Source: Takakia lepidozioides
Lineage: Eukaryota; Plantae; Bryophyta
Reading direction: 5' to 3'
Length of the DNA stretch: 64,000 nt
NCBI GenBank assembly: GCA_030704615.1
Contig: CM060731.1
Span: forward strand, 40,238,001 to 40,302,000
Positions within the stretch are counted from its first letter, which is position 1. Each line of letters starts with the position of its first letter. The translations under genes were made by a program, and so were the position numbers. Shown in pieces: positions 24,501 to 41,558 of this stretch. The notes under the pieces were generated by a model, which was given only the letters and a program-made list of their open reading frames with translations, searched no databases and was not told the origin of the DNA.

Positions 24501-25934
24501 TTATGTGTAAAGATGAAGAGAAATGAATCTGAGAGGTGAGCTGGGGTGGGCAGATACACGAGAAGAACGAGGACTTGACAAACCTACGGAAGAAGACAAC
24601 AACCTTGGTCCACACACTTACACATGTCAGGGAGAAATTGCAGTTCGTTGTACAGGAAACTAAGGTACTTACGTACCATCTAAGGGCATTTCGGAGCTTT
24701 ATGGGCACGGACCCACAGTTCGCGGATAGAGGGATAACAGAGGATAATCGTTTTCCTTCACTGTCATTTCTTTCATTGTCTGCGCTGAGTGGTAGTCTCA
24801 CGAGGATTATCAGCTGCAAGAGTGAGTCCGTGACTCTTGGACAATCGGGCATGCTTTCCATACATATACTCAAAATCCAGTATGATTAATCTTTCACAAG
24901 CGGCTGTGGACACTAGAATTACAATGACCATTTGCCATAGTCTCATGAGCTTAGGGAAGCTGGCACTGAAAATTATAGCATGGCGAGGGCATTTACCCCT
25001 TCAATTTGCAGCCCTGCTGCGAATTTCACATAGCTGGGAGAGAAGCGCGCAAGTATCTAATGACTGGGGTTGATCCTCTGGTATAGGATGATGCAGAGGC
25101 CTTGGCAGCCGATGACAAAGAACGGCATTCAGGTCGTATGGAGCTCTGTGAAATCAAGGCACGATGTGAAGCCATACGCCGAAGAAAGGAAAACATGCAG
25201 GTACTTCAATTCATCACCAGCTGTCATAAATCATCCCACAAAAGATACGAGGAAGATCCAGGGGCAATAAGGGAGGGGGATATATGCGCATAGAGAATGT
25301 ACTCATAAGACCGTGTTTGCTTATGTATATATATATATAGGGGTATATTGGAAGAAAGGAGAGGAAAGGGCAATGCACCAATAGAGGTCTCCTTCATGTT
25401 CTTCATGACCAACAATGCCGTGGAGAACAGAGATCATACCGGTTTCATGGTGACACCTACTGGAAGATTTGTTGGTACTAGGGGAGTTACGGTGTGCACT
25501 AGGAGAAATCTAAGGCTGCTGCATCTAAGACTGCATAGCATGCATCGCGGGTCGTGTGCTTTTGAAGTTGTTCCAGTCAGACATGAATCCACATGTAGCG
25601 CTGCAACTTTGGATTCTGTGACCTAGTGTTTGGTTTTACCTCGCAGAAAAATGTGGTGAATATCAGCAATCCAGCACTCCTGGAAGATATGGAGATCCAC
25701 AAGGAAGATGTCGAGGTTGCTGAAGAAAGCATCCAGGAGTTGCAGAGCCGTTACAATACCCTTCACAGGCACATTTTAAGGAACAGTCCTTTACTATCCC
25801 CAAAAGCACACTCACCAAGAGCACCACTTAAGCCAAAGTCGGCCGACGTCTCAAGGTCAATGAGTCCCCCTGTTGAGGAGGATCCCCTGAGATGGGGCAC
25901 CAAACTTCGAATGGTTGGAAAAAGTCCAGTCTGA
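21568..25934 (+). CDS. CCDC96: CCDC96/CFAP184 (DUF4201) cilia/flagella-associated coiled-coil protein, multi-exon
   Basis: KDQLPGGLHLVDFEQLKMGNESLNEK|IHEKNEDLTNLRKKTTTLVHTLTHVREKLQFV matches the DUF4201 core. The N-terminus is Pro-rich. There is an apparent +1 frameshift in a poly-G run at about 21778-21788. Confidence 0.88.
21721..21912 (+). repeat. Two ~102-bp coding repeats in CCDC96 exon 1
   Basis: cctcagcaaacggcg...cctcctgca...ggcaca...gcaacagctgt...agggcacatta at 21721 and 21824 (period 103). Confidence 0.9.
25291..25322 (-). mobile_element. Micro-copy of the LINE 3' terminus in a CCDC96 intron
   Basis: Reverse complement is gcaaacacggtcttatgagtacattctcta. No clean TSD seen. Confidence 0.6.
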
Positions 25935-26715
25935 CTTGCAGCCAATCGGTCTCCAGTCTGAGTAAGTTAAGTCGTTCTCAGTTGCCTGCAGACTCTTGTG
26001 CATATGCATTTTCCTACCTCTTGGTTGAGGCCAGAGTAAACTTCAAGGCAAACCTATATACATCAAATGTTTGCCCGAGAAGTAACCAGTATCAGAGAGC
26101 AGGGCTGGAGCACTATGGAGGTACTTGGGTACGATAAACATTGCTCAGAAAATATCAAGAAGCGTTTAAGATAGTGGTGAAGCCAAGCTACTTTTGAAAA
26201 GGGGCTGGTGGATACCACCAGACCATCTGCCTAATCAATCCGAGACAAGGAACTATCTGTCTGTGATCACTCCTGAAATGAGACTCAGCCTCAAACTAAC
26301 ATAGTGCTTGTGACAATTACCACACTCCAGTTGCAGGGAATTGACTGCTGATTCTTGAGCTGATATCCCACATTTTACAAAGAATCATGACCTCAGCATT
26401 GCTCTAGCCCTCTAGCTTGCAACCTCTGACACACATGGCTGCACTGGGCGCACTGCCAAGAGGGGGAGAAGGAAAGGACAAACAGAACTAAAACAGAGAG
26501 GCATCCACCAAGATTCTGAGCAACATGAGAATTGCCCATAGCAGTGCCTACTGGAGGGAAATGAGCTGGTGGGGGACCAGGATAGTAGAGATCCCAGAAC
26601 TGGGATTGTAAGGGAGAGATGGCTTTTAGTACAGGGGAACCTTGTCCATAAAGCCATTTTTACACACCTTGATTTCCAAACCACCACACATTCAATTGCA
26701 GTGCCACAGGAACTC

Positions 26716-31155
<4,440 letters not shown>

Positions 31156-31431
31156 TGCTGCAGCTTCGGTCCTTGTTGGATGCACAGGCACTCCCTCCCA
31201 GCGCTCCCGTGCTATTCCTCACCCTCCGGCCTCCCTCCCTCACTGGATAGCCCGCCCCATTCCACCTCAAGGCTTGTCTTATTCTTCTTTCTCTTTTTCT
31301 CTCGCTTGAAAGGGAAACTATTTTGTTTTTTAAAGAAAAAAACTCAGAGAGGGTGGAAATACCCAGAGGGTAAGTTAGTCTTGTGATATGACAAACTGTT
31401 TTAATTTCTACTTTCTCAAGTTGTGTGTTTC

Positions 31432-31550
31432 TATGCTATATATGTATATATATAGGAGGGCAAGTATTAGCCCACTTTCTGAGCCATGAGGCATATAGAG
31501 GCAGACCAAACCACAAGGGATTGAACCCCAGACCCACAAGCCCAAGCAAA
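31432..31550 (-). mobile_element. Possible tRNA-derived SINE relic (second family)
   Basis: Minus-strand B-box ggggttcaatccc, followed about 70 nt later by a (TA)-rich tail. The A-box is unclear. Confidence 0.35.
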
Positions 31551-31902
31551 GGAATGATAGGAGGCTGCGGGCAAGTGAGCACAATGGCATATTCGTTTGA
31601 TAATTCTCACAATATCTTGGAATAATGCCATCATTACAAAACAAAATCTGCTCACACCGGGAAAAAAAAAAAAAAAAACGAAACATTTCAGAAAGACAGT
31701 ACCTATTATTAGATAACAAGTAACATGGCTGGATGATTTTCATTATATTCATGAGTGTCGTCAAGGAATGGATGAGTGATTAGTTTATTAATAGTAGGTA
31801 GGTGATTTTTCATGCAGTGTCGAAGGGGACCTGTAGATGTTTTCTTGTTTTGAGTGAAGATGGGAATTCCAGTAATCCAGAAGGTTGACTCCCAAAACAA
31901 GT

Positions 31903-32000
31903 ATATACATATATATGACGTCTCATGAAGGAAGCGTAAATTATGGTGTCTCTTGACCCCGACGGTCTACTTGCCCTCCGGTGGGACAAGCCACGGAAGA
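31903..32000 (-). mobile_element. 3' part of a tRNA-SINE (same family as 54588-54742)
   Basis: tatatgacgtctc...gaagcgtaaattatggtgtctct is shared with the 53.6-kb and 54.6-kb copies. Confidence 0.75.
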
Positions 32001-33040
32001 AGCCAGTTAGTCAACTGGAGGATCCTCGGATTCCTCCATCGAGAGTTGAACATATTCATGCTGTAAGAACCAAAACATACAAGCTCCTAATTTAGGCAGA
32101 AACCTAAATAATCTCCAGGAAGAAAGAGGAGAGACTCCATCGAGACCTTCAGCTTCTTCAAAGCTGAGTTTGTTCCAGTAGGAGAAGATGAAAGCCCAAA
32201 ATCTTCCAAAAAGACAGAAAACCCCTAGGGAGCAACGAAATTCTTGACTGCCACAATAAGTGAACATCTGCAAAGGGCAATAAGGGCAAGACTCATGTAA
32301 TTAAATCTGGAAATCTTAATTGGCAACACAGCTTCAAGGAACAAGGAAGAGATCCAGGGAATCAGTACTTTTGGAGCGAAAGCAAATCCTGACTGACAAA
32401 CTTGGAGAAGCAAAAGAAGAACAAGAGGATGCACAGTCAGACCTTGCTCTGATGTCTCCGATACGCGGGAGAGACTTACACTTGCAATCAGCAAAGGGAA
32501 ATCAGTTGTAACAAAAAGAAATCTGAAGGTCAACATAAGCATCCACGGCAAAGCTCCGGTTCCTAAAATGTGTCGGTCACTGCCTACGTTTAGGGAGCAT
32601 GTTTTGAGGTAAAAACAAACACAAAAAAAAGAGCTGATCAAGCTCTGAAGGAACACACATACAACAACTAAATCCTGGACAAGTTTGCTTCTCAACCTTC
32701 CTAAAACCGCAGGCCCCCTTTGCACTTGCACATAGCTTCTTCCTCCTCCTCTCTGTTGCACGCACGCTCTTGGATGCTCACATTTCTTCCTCTCCCTACA
32801 GTGTCACGCGGCCATGGACTTGACAAGGTAAATGTTTACCTACACCTGCGGAGCTAATCGAAATGAAAAGAGCCAGTAAATAAGTAAATAAAATGGGCCG
32901 CGGAACCACCGCGGAGGTCCGCACGGGCGCCGCTGTGTGTACTTCGCGGTTGTCGACACTGTCCGCGGTCCCCCTGCGGCTGCTGTGCTCGGGAGATAGG
33001 CAGCAAAGGATGGTGCAAGCGAGGTGTGGACTGCGGAGGA

Positions 33041-35994
33041 ATGGCCAAGGCGATGTTTCACTCTCTGCCCACATGCGGTAAGTATATCTCTTTCTCTCCA
33101 TCTGTTTTCTCTGCATGTCTACCCCTCACTTTATTTGATCTTGGATGCTGCTGCTGCTGTAATGTGTTGCCTGTTAGCTGAATGGAGCTGGGAAGGACTT
33201 GATCGACCTCTAGTTACCTGGATTGGTCACAGAACAGAATTCGATAGATTTGATGACTGGTACCACAGGCAGCTGCAGTCGGAGTATAGTTGCAGTGTTT
33301 CTGTAGCAGTGAGTCTCGTGACTAAGACGTAGGATTATCTCAGTTTGGTCGTGTCGAGAAGCGAGCACTAGGGCTGATTGTCAGCCCATGTCTGCTTCTT
33401 TATAGCTAATGCCATTTCGTGCTGCTTCGGTGTTCACAAGCCATCGGCACTATAGTTCCATTCAGAGGACTCCCAGTAAGGGTATTGTGTGTAATATCTT
33501 TCAACGATGCTATTGGCTTGAAACCTTGCAGGGGTTATCGGGATGACACGATTGCCAACCTCCTTGGCAAGCCGCCACTCTGCGGCTCCACGTCTGCAAT
33601 CATTGTCCGCCATCCCAGACCCCCTCACAAGGCGTCGACGCCATCCACTTCCGGTGAATTGTCGTGCGGTCTCGAAAGGTCAGGTTTGAGAAAACTTTAT
33701 TCAAGTGGATTGAAAGGGCATGGTTGGGTATGACATTGGAACTATGAGTATGGCAAGTCAGGGTCGTTTGGAAGTATTCATGCAGCGAACAAATGAATCG
33801 CTACTCTCCTGGAGGTCAAGGAGTTTTCCTGATTTATGAGCATCCACACTTGGAGATGCTCCCCAAGTACACATACATTCTCTCTTTCTCATGGATGTCC
33901 TCATACTTGTGATTAAACCGTTGAAGTCTGAACTGGAATATAAGCTATAGTCTGCACAATATATTTGAAGTAGAGAAAAAGCTACCGTAGTGTAGTGGCC
34001 TGACATGACGTGTAATTTGTTATGCACTCAGAAATTCCGGGGCGCAAGGAACCTGAAACTGTGGAAATTGAGGAGAAGGTCAGCCCCTTGGCCCCAACTA
34101 CGTTCCAGGCAAGGACTCCTTCTCTCAAACCATCAGGATCTAGGAAGTGGCATTTAGTTCTCCATATCTGCCAGTCTTTGAGGTTGATATGCGAACACCA
34201 ATTGAACATCTGACATAGTAGAAGTGGTCAGAGCTGTTGTGGAGGCTAACATGGCTATCATATGAATCGCAGATACATTCATTGCTCATGGAAGTGTGTG
34301 ATGAAACCAGTATTGCTGAGCTGCAACTTAAGGTGCCCCTGGCTTCAACTCTTTCAATGCTGTTGGGTGACTATTTTGTTTGTGTTGTACAGTACTGAGG
34401 CACCCCAAAAAATTCAGCTGTGGTGTGCTTGCTACTGAGGCTGCACCCATTAATCGGCAACTGGTGAGGTTCCAATTGCCCTCTGGAAAGTACGTGTGGT
34501 GACATCTGTTTTTGTATCAGTATCTAGCAGTTCCCACTCCAGCACCCATGAGTTTTCCATATTCAACTAATCCATGGGAGCAATGCATATCTCACCTTTG
34601 TACATCACACTGATATTTCAGTTTGGTGTTTGAGTGGTCGACAGGTGGGATCCTTCAAGGTGCGAATGAAGAGAGGCATAGGCAAAGCAGCACCAGTTGC
34701 ACCCCTGCCGCCCCCAGTGCCCAGCAAGCCAATGCTGGAGTCCATTCCTGCTGAATCTGTTCCTGTTGCTCTGAAACCAACTGTGCTTTCAGCTTCAATT
34801 GTGAAGCCTGTGTCTAACTTTGGTCTGTTGGAAGCTGCTGCAGACGCAGGCCTGCTATTTGTTACATCTCCCAAGGTGACTCTTCTCTCACAACTTCTTC
34901 GCTGTACAGAGGTTCCATATGTTAGGGCAATATCACTAATTTTAAGGGAAGACTGAGCAGTGGTTGATGTGGGCATGCTGGTGCAGGTTGGATACTTCAG
35001 GAAAGGACGTGTTGTGAAGGGAAAGACTGGTCCTCCTCTGTGTGAAGAGGTAAGCTTCACGGTTGTCTGTCTACTGCCATTACGCGAAGACTCACTTGTG
35101 CCTTGATATGTCATACTTCCCTACAGACACACTAGTACAGTTCGTAATCAATGTCTTCATAGACAATCAGTACAGCACCATAGCATCTTAGTATTTGTTG
35201 TTTAAAGTACCAACACCCATTTCCAGTCTGTGATGCTGCCCATTACTGGTTACGTATCAGATGGAGAACAAGGAAGGTCAAAAAATACGTGGCTGTGACC
35301 TTTAACTATGAATTGTGCTACCGCTACTTTCATACTGCATGGGTACAGGAGAAACTGTGTCAGCATTAACTAAAATTTAGAGCGATTAAATCTGGGACAA
35401 CTTGCCAAGGTAGTTGATGAATTGGGGATGGATTGGACTTTGAGCAGGGCCAAGTGATCAAGGAGGGGCAAGTGGTTTGCTACTTGGAGCAGTTTGAAAC
35501 CCAGCAACCTGTGGAGGTAGCTCATTTGCCTAAAATTATCTGGATGGAAAGAAATCATGCTACACAGTGAGCTCCACTGGCAGTTGTACATTGTTTGAGA
35601 TTATTTGCCTAGTTGGACTGGTCGTGGAAGGTGCAATCATAGGTCCTAACTGAAACAAGAGTTAAGTGTGCATAACGACAACACTGTAGCATGTATGGAT
35701 TGAATAGAAAAGACGTCAGAAGGCACCCTGACGTGAACTGGAACATGTATGCAGGCTGATATCTCAGGAGAAGTGATAAAGGTTCTGTGGGAAGATGGAG
35801 GTATTGCCTTCCCAGCACCTTTGCTATGATTCAGTTGTTGCATGGTCACTTCATGTGCTCAGATGCAGAGAAAACCTTGCATAGTCACCCTTGTATCTGA
35901 CAGTGGAATGTGTTGGCAATGTGCAGAGCCTGTGGGTTATGGAGATCCACTGATTGCCATCCGGCCTGCTTTCCCAGGCATCAAGCTCACCTGA
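33041..35994 (+). CDS. BADC: Biotin/lipoyl attachment domain-containing protein (BADC/BLP, non-biotinylated BCCP-like ACCase partner), plastid precursor
   Basis: SLLMEVCDETSIAELQLK|VGSFKVRMKR, FVTSPK|VGYFRKGRVVKGKTGPPLCEE|GQVIKEGQVVCYLEQFETQQPVE|ADISGEVIKVLWEDG|EPVGYGDPLIAIRPAFPGIK. EQFETQ replaces the EAMKLM biotinylation motif. Confidence 0.93.
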
Positions 35995-37074
35995 ATCAGC
36001 TGCTCTTGTGTCTTCCCCTGAAATAGTTGGACGAGACACCTTGACTTTTTAGAGTGCAGGTCTAGTGGTGCTCTCTCACCATCAAGGGCACTTGTACTTA
36101 ACCTGCTTACCAGGTGCTTAACAAAGCTTCTGGTAAGACTGAATGTTATACTACATAAGAATGTTAAAATTATGGATTTGGGTAGAACCCACAGGCAGGG
36201 TTAGATTGAAACTGCAATCGGCAGTTAATCGAATACTCTTATAGTGCTATGCTTAAACACAGATGAGGACACAATAATGTGCCATCCAGGATAGCTTCTC
36301 AATTCAACATTTCACTGCAGCACCATGTTGATGTACTAATACTTACTTCTGCGCCATCAAAGGAGATGTGACAAGAGGTCATGTTCTCCTCTTTGGGGTA
36401 TGCTGAGCAAACAGTTTTGGCAAATTACAAGGGTTAGTATGCTTGTAATTATGTATGCAAAGGTTTTACAACTAAGTTACTGAACTTCCAGGCATCTTAT
36501 TTGGGCAGCACCTTGTGCATGCTACTGGTTTGGAAAGGGGATCATTTATGATATGCATCGATAAGTTTCTGCCTGCCTGTCATATTGGCTGTCATATTGG
36601 CTGTAAAGAAACTCTAATAGTGACACTTGAAAAAGTGGCAAGAATGCAAACATTGAGGACAGCATGTATTTGACAAATGATATTCCAAAAAGTATTGACA
36701 GTATTGCTCAATATCCTGACAACTTGTAGCAATGTCTAGTTATGCCCTGTCAACTTATACCCTCCTCAAAACATTGTAATGTTTTCAAAGGAGCTAATAC
36801 ATTGTCTTCATTTGAAAAGCATAGTGTCTTGTAGGGAAGGGCAGTTCCATTCACACTGCTGCACTATGTTGAAACAAGCAAGAATGTACGGAGTATTCAG
36901 AAACAAATAGTAGCATTCCCAAAACAACAGGTTGAATATTTATGTTGTTGTGAGGTATGGGGGTTCATTTTTCACTGACTCTGTCTCAATCTTCGAGAAC
37001 TTGACTGCTGAATGCCTATTGGTGCAGAAACTATGGGCACGATGGGGGTCTGTTGTAATGATCAACCAACCATT

Positions 37075-40000
37075 CTACATGTTCATCATACTTATGGAAG
37101 ATTCTGGAAAGACGCGAGTCAGGAACGAATATAACCCTCCTCCCAGCAAGAGCGCTCCACTGCACCCACAACACACCGAAGGGATGAAGCTTCATCTACC
37201 CACCTTCCAAGTGGATTGCTTACTCAACAAGTATTATACCAAGGCATCAATCAGAAGCAACATCACAACAAGGTTACTTCCTTTGAATTGTACATATATC
37301 TCACCAATTTCTCTGACCTTGCAAGAAAGTGTATGAGAGATAGATCCTCAAGGGGTGGTGTACCTGCTGGGGTTAATCCACGCTGAGTATTTGCGCAGAG
37401 ACAGTAGTTGCTGCAGACAGCAGACACAGAATTTGATTATGTAGGCCTCCCTAAACGCAGCAAGGAATCTCCTCATGAAGTGCAGAGTAAGGGCAGCGTG
37501 CAATGCAATCCATCTCCACAATGCAACCTACATCCACATGCGATGCTACCTGTATTTTGCCAATGTGCAATCTCACCTGCATGCTCATCTTGGAGAACAG
37601 AGACAATCCAAGTCTCAGTGCATAGACTAGACCAACCAGTACCACAACCACCACATTTGTTTGTCCCTGATCTTACCTGGAGGGCACCAGCAAATGAGGC
37701 TGCAACCAGAAGCGGTGCTACATAGCCTGTTGTATACGCCAATAGGAGACTTCCCCCCACAAGTGGATCCTGCAGTTTGACAGTACCCCTATGTCAGTCC
37801 CTGTTATCCCCCGTCATACAGACTTAAATGCTTGGGAGCGGGGCACCCAAGGCAACCACCTATTCACTTGTGGCAATTGGGTGCAACACCTCCCTTTGTT
37901 GACCACGACTGTATTATGAATTGTAGATTTCGTCAAAATGAAGATCTGTCAATTGCCTCTATCATCAGGGAGGCAAATTCCACAGCTACCAAGCTCTGGA
38001 GAGAAATAAAGGAAAGAAACAAATCTCGGAACAGAAGTCAGGTCGCACACAACTCAACCACCCCCTGTGAGTGTCCAGAATGGGTTGCACTTCAGGGTAC
38101 AGTCAGTAGTCGACAGGAAACCCCCTGGAATATAAACATGGTATCTGCTGTAAATCAGCCTGAAAAATGCCATGGCATTTCTGCACCAGCGCTGACAATG
38201 CCGCTACAAGAAATTTGGCTGTCGAGGGCACGCGCTAGAAAACCAGACTGCGATGCCAAGCTAGCATAAAAAGGGAACGAAAGAACCAAGACTGACCTGA
38301 GAGGCTGCCACATAACCAAGCAGCGTGGCAAGCACGGGGGTGCTACAGGGTGATGCTGCCAATGCAAATGTGAGGCCTGCCAAATATGCCTGCACACCTG
38401 TCCCCTCCATCCACGTCCCTCCCCCATCAGAAACTGCATAAACTTATCTCCTCATTTCCACATGACAAAAAGTTTGCCACATTTTCAGCCCCAATCATTG
38501 CTTTGGAAAAGAATGAACACAGAGAGAAGGAGTGGCACATCTGAGGTGCATTCCAACATGCAGGGGGTTCAAAAAGAATGGGTCTCACGACGAGCAGAAT
38601 TCCTTCAATCTGCTTGGCCAATAAAATATCCATGTGAAACATATTTTTAAGCATGATACAACTTTCGTTGGGTCTGTTTTTCTATAAATAGGCACTAATT
38701 CCTAGACTGGCAGAATAAAAAAAGTATTTTGAACACTGCAAACAAGGATACTGAGCTCGTACTTGAGGGAAGGCTAGCTGCAGCAGCTCGCGCGTCAAAA
38801 TTGCCAAAGAAAGAAGGCAGTTGTAGTTCAATTATCTGCCAAAAGACCTCATCAGTATGAAAGCAAAAGCTGTATCTTACCTCTCCAGCTTGTATGATTA
38901 ATTTTTATTCAGTTTCTCTTGTGGGCTCCAGTGTAATGTATCTGATGTACAAAAGACCTAGTGGTATTGTCCAGAGCCCCGCCACTTGTCATTCAAGGTC
39001 CATTTGTGCTTGTGGCTACCTCAAGTTACTGTCCATATCCTATTGGGGTCAAGGGGTCAGGTGCCAAGGCTTCTACAGCATCACTTTGCTCTTTCCACCT
39101 TCCCTGTTTGCCTTGATGTGTGAGTGGTACAATACATACCTCAAGCAGGTTCAGACCCATAAGCATAGCCACACAGGACACGCCGATGGGAAGGCCCTGC
39201 CCAATTTGACCATACGCTTTCCCTGCCAACGATGCTCCAATACCCAACACTGCAAGTGTCGTTGCTAGCCCTAACGAAAATGCTACTGAATCCACAAACA
39301 GCTGCTTGCCCACTTCCACAGATCAGCACTGAACCAGTAGTGCATTCTGTGAACAAATGGTACACTTGACAACTTGAGATGCAATTATTCAAAATACTGA
39401 TTAGACTGCCCTTCCAGCTCCTATATACTTTCTTAGCACTGCTCTTCTGTAAGATATATCTTTAATGGTCACGAATACTTTGACAGAACAGTGGAGTATG
39501 TGCATACCTGTGTACGATCTTTCCCTGATCCAGAAGCACCTGCAACAGTTTCCCGACTATTCATCAGACCATTGTTTCATGCTATTAAAGTAGTGTCAAT
39601 ACTATGGCACCTTGGCTATATTCCCACATGAAAATGCCATATACCCATTGTAAAAGTAGCTTCACAGACCACTACACTAATAGACCATACATGCCATGAA
39701 ATCCTGTCTGACCAATCACAACATCATTATATTATTTGGAATGAGAAAAGTACTCACCAATGTAACCGAGGGTGAGAGGCAGAACACTAAGTGTACAAGG
39801 CGACAGACTCGTCACAAGACCAGCCCCAAAAATTATGGCCACACTGTCACACCCTCGCCACTGATAGTTAACCCCTGTCTCTCAATTGCGTTATAGAATA
39901 AATGACAAAAGAACCCCCCCAGACATTGGTCCAGACCTAAGCAGAGTTCGTAAGCTATGGCAGTTCACTATAGGTAGTGAGCTTCCCCCCTCCCATCATT

Positions 40001-41558
40001 GCAGCAAGCCATAGGTTGAAGGTAAAGGAGAGTGAATTCAAATCACTCTTTACCCAATGCCAGACTTGCTCAGCAAATTCTAGAGCTTTGGGATAGTTGT
40101 ATGCATGGGATGGAGGAGGCAGTATAAAACTATATTATCATGTGAGTGCCCAAAAACTGGCCAAGTCTAAATCAATGACAGCAAACCCAGAATGCATCAC
40201 AGTGCACCCCTCAAAGCTCAATAGAAGTTGCAATAGAAAGACAAATTCACAACTAAGCACTCTGAAGCTCCTTTCACTATCCCAGCTACTACCCACTCCA
40301 GGCTCACAATCAAGCACAGCTTAAGGTGTTCACATGGAACTGGCCTGGCTACTGAACACAGGACATGAAGTAACCTGGCGGGAGTGAGGGCACCAGTGAG
40401 TTGGAGCTGCACAAGGTCATTGGCCTGTTGTCCTGCACTGTAGAGTGAGTTGCTCAGCCAGTCTCCTGCCGAACCCCCTTCTGCTATTGTAGCCACCCAC
40501 TTGTTCCCCATCTCTCCAGCTGCCTGCGCCCAAGAATAACCAAACCACACATCTCTCTTTGTAGCTGTCCCCGCAAGAGAGAAATTGGGCAACTGTTGTA
40601 CTTCAGTAACTATGGACTAATGGTATCCACTCTTCCAGCAGCACAAGGGAAATTTAACCTTTCTTCAATGTAGCACACACAGAGCAAGAGACATCTTTCA
40701 GCCATCAGGTGATACTGCTGCAGTGGCTGCAGCTCTGTGGTATCCATCAAAGCAGGAAGAGAATTGTAACACTTGGCCGCCTTTGACTATACCTTTAAGG
40801 GCACTCCCACTCAACCGGTAACCCTTTGGGAGCTTTCAGCCCACCAAGTAAACGTGACTCAACCCGAAATTGCCATAGCGCTCAAGCAGAGCCAACCACA
40901 ATCCGAGTACAGGCTTTGAGTACTTGATGTACGAGCTGGTTTCAGACATCATACACTATCTCAGCACTGAGCACATATACCTAGAGAAGACATAACAAGA
41001 GAGAGAAAGGAACTTTGTAATGTCCACAGGAAGCCCAAGAAAAAGTCCCAGTGTGATAGTCCAATCCAGACACGAAATTGGGCATGTGAGCTTTAAAGTA
41101 GATTGGATTGAAATTGAGCCATCGGTGGTGGATAAAACAGCGAAAAAGGGGATAACTGATCAGAATGGTGGATACCAAGGTCTAAGAGAAACTTCATAAG
41201 GTGCGCAATTAAATTGCAATCCAGCCTTGTCAAAGTGCGGCCCCTACTAACTGCACTTGTGCGAATTTCCTCGCTAAGCTAGCCTAGCACTGAGCACAGA
41301 ACAGAGAGGGGCGTTATTACTCACCACATCCGAGAGAGATATCAAGTCCCCGAAAGCAGCAACAGGAGCTCTGGAACCACGCTTTCTTTTGCAGTGATTG
41401 GCAGAGGTGGAGAGGCGCATGCCCCTCATGCTGCCATAGCCACTGCCCAGCAAACGCACCCCAAGGTAGTTGGTGCTACACGCCTCTGTCTCTCTCCAGC
41501 CTGGGCAGTTCACCAAACCTGCCTGACCTACACATTGAGTCGAGGCAACCTGTGCCAT
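37075..41558 (-). CDS. CCDA: Cytochrome c biogenesis protein CcdA (DsbD-like), plastid precursor, multi-exon
   Basis: [22 protein letters not shown] (about 39760-39830), [79 protein letters not shown] and [11 protein letters not shown]. Confidence 0.96.
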
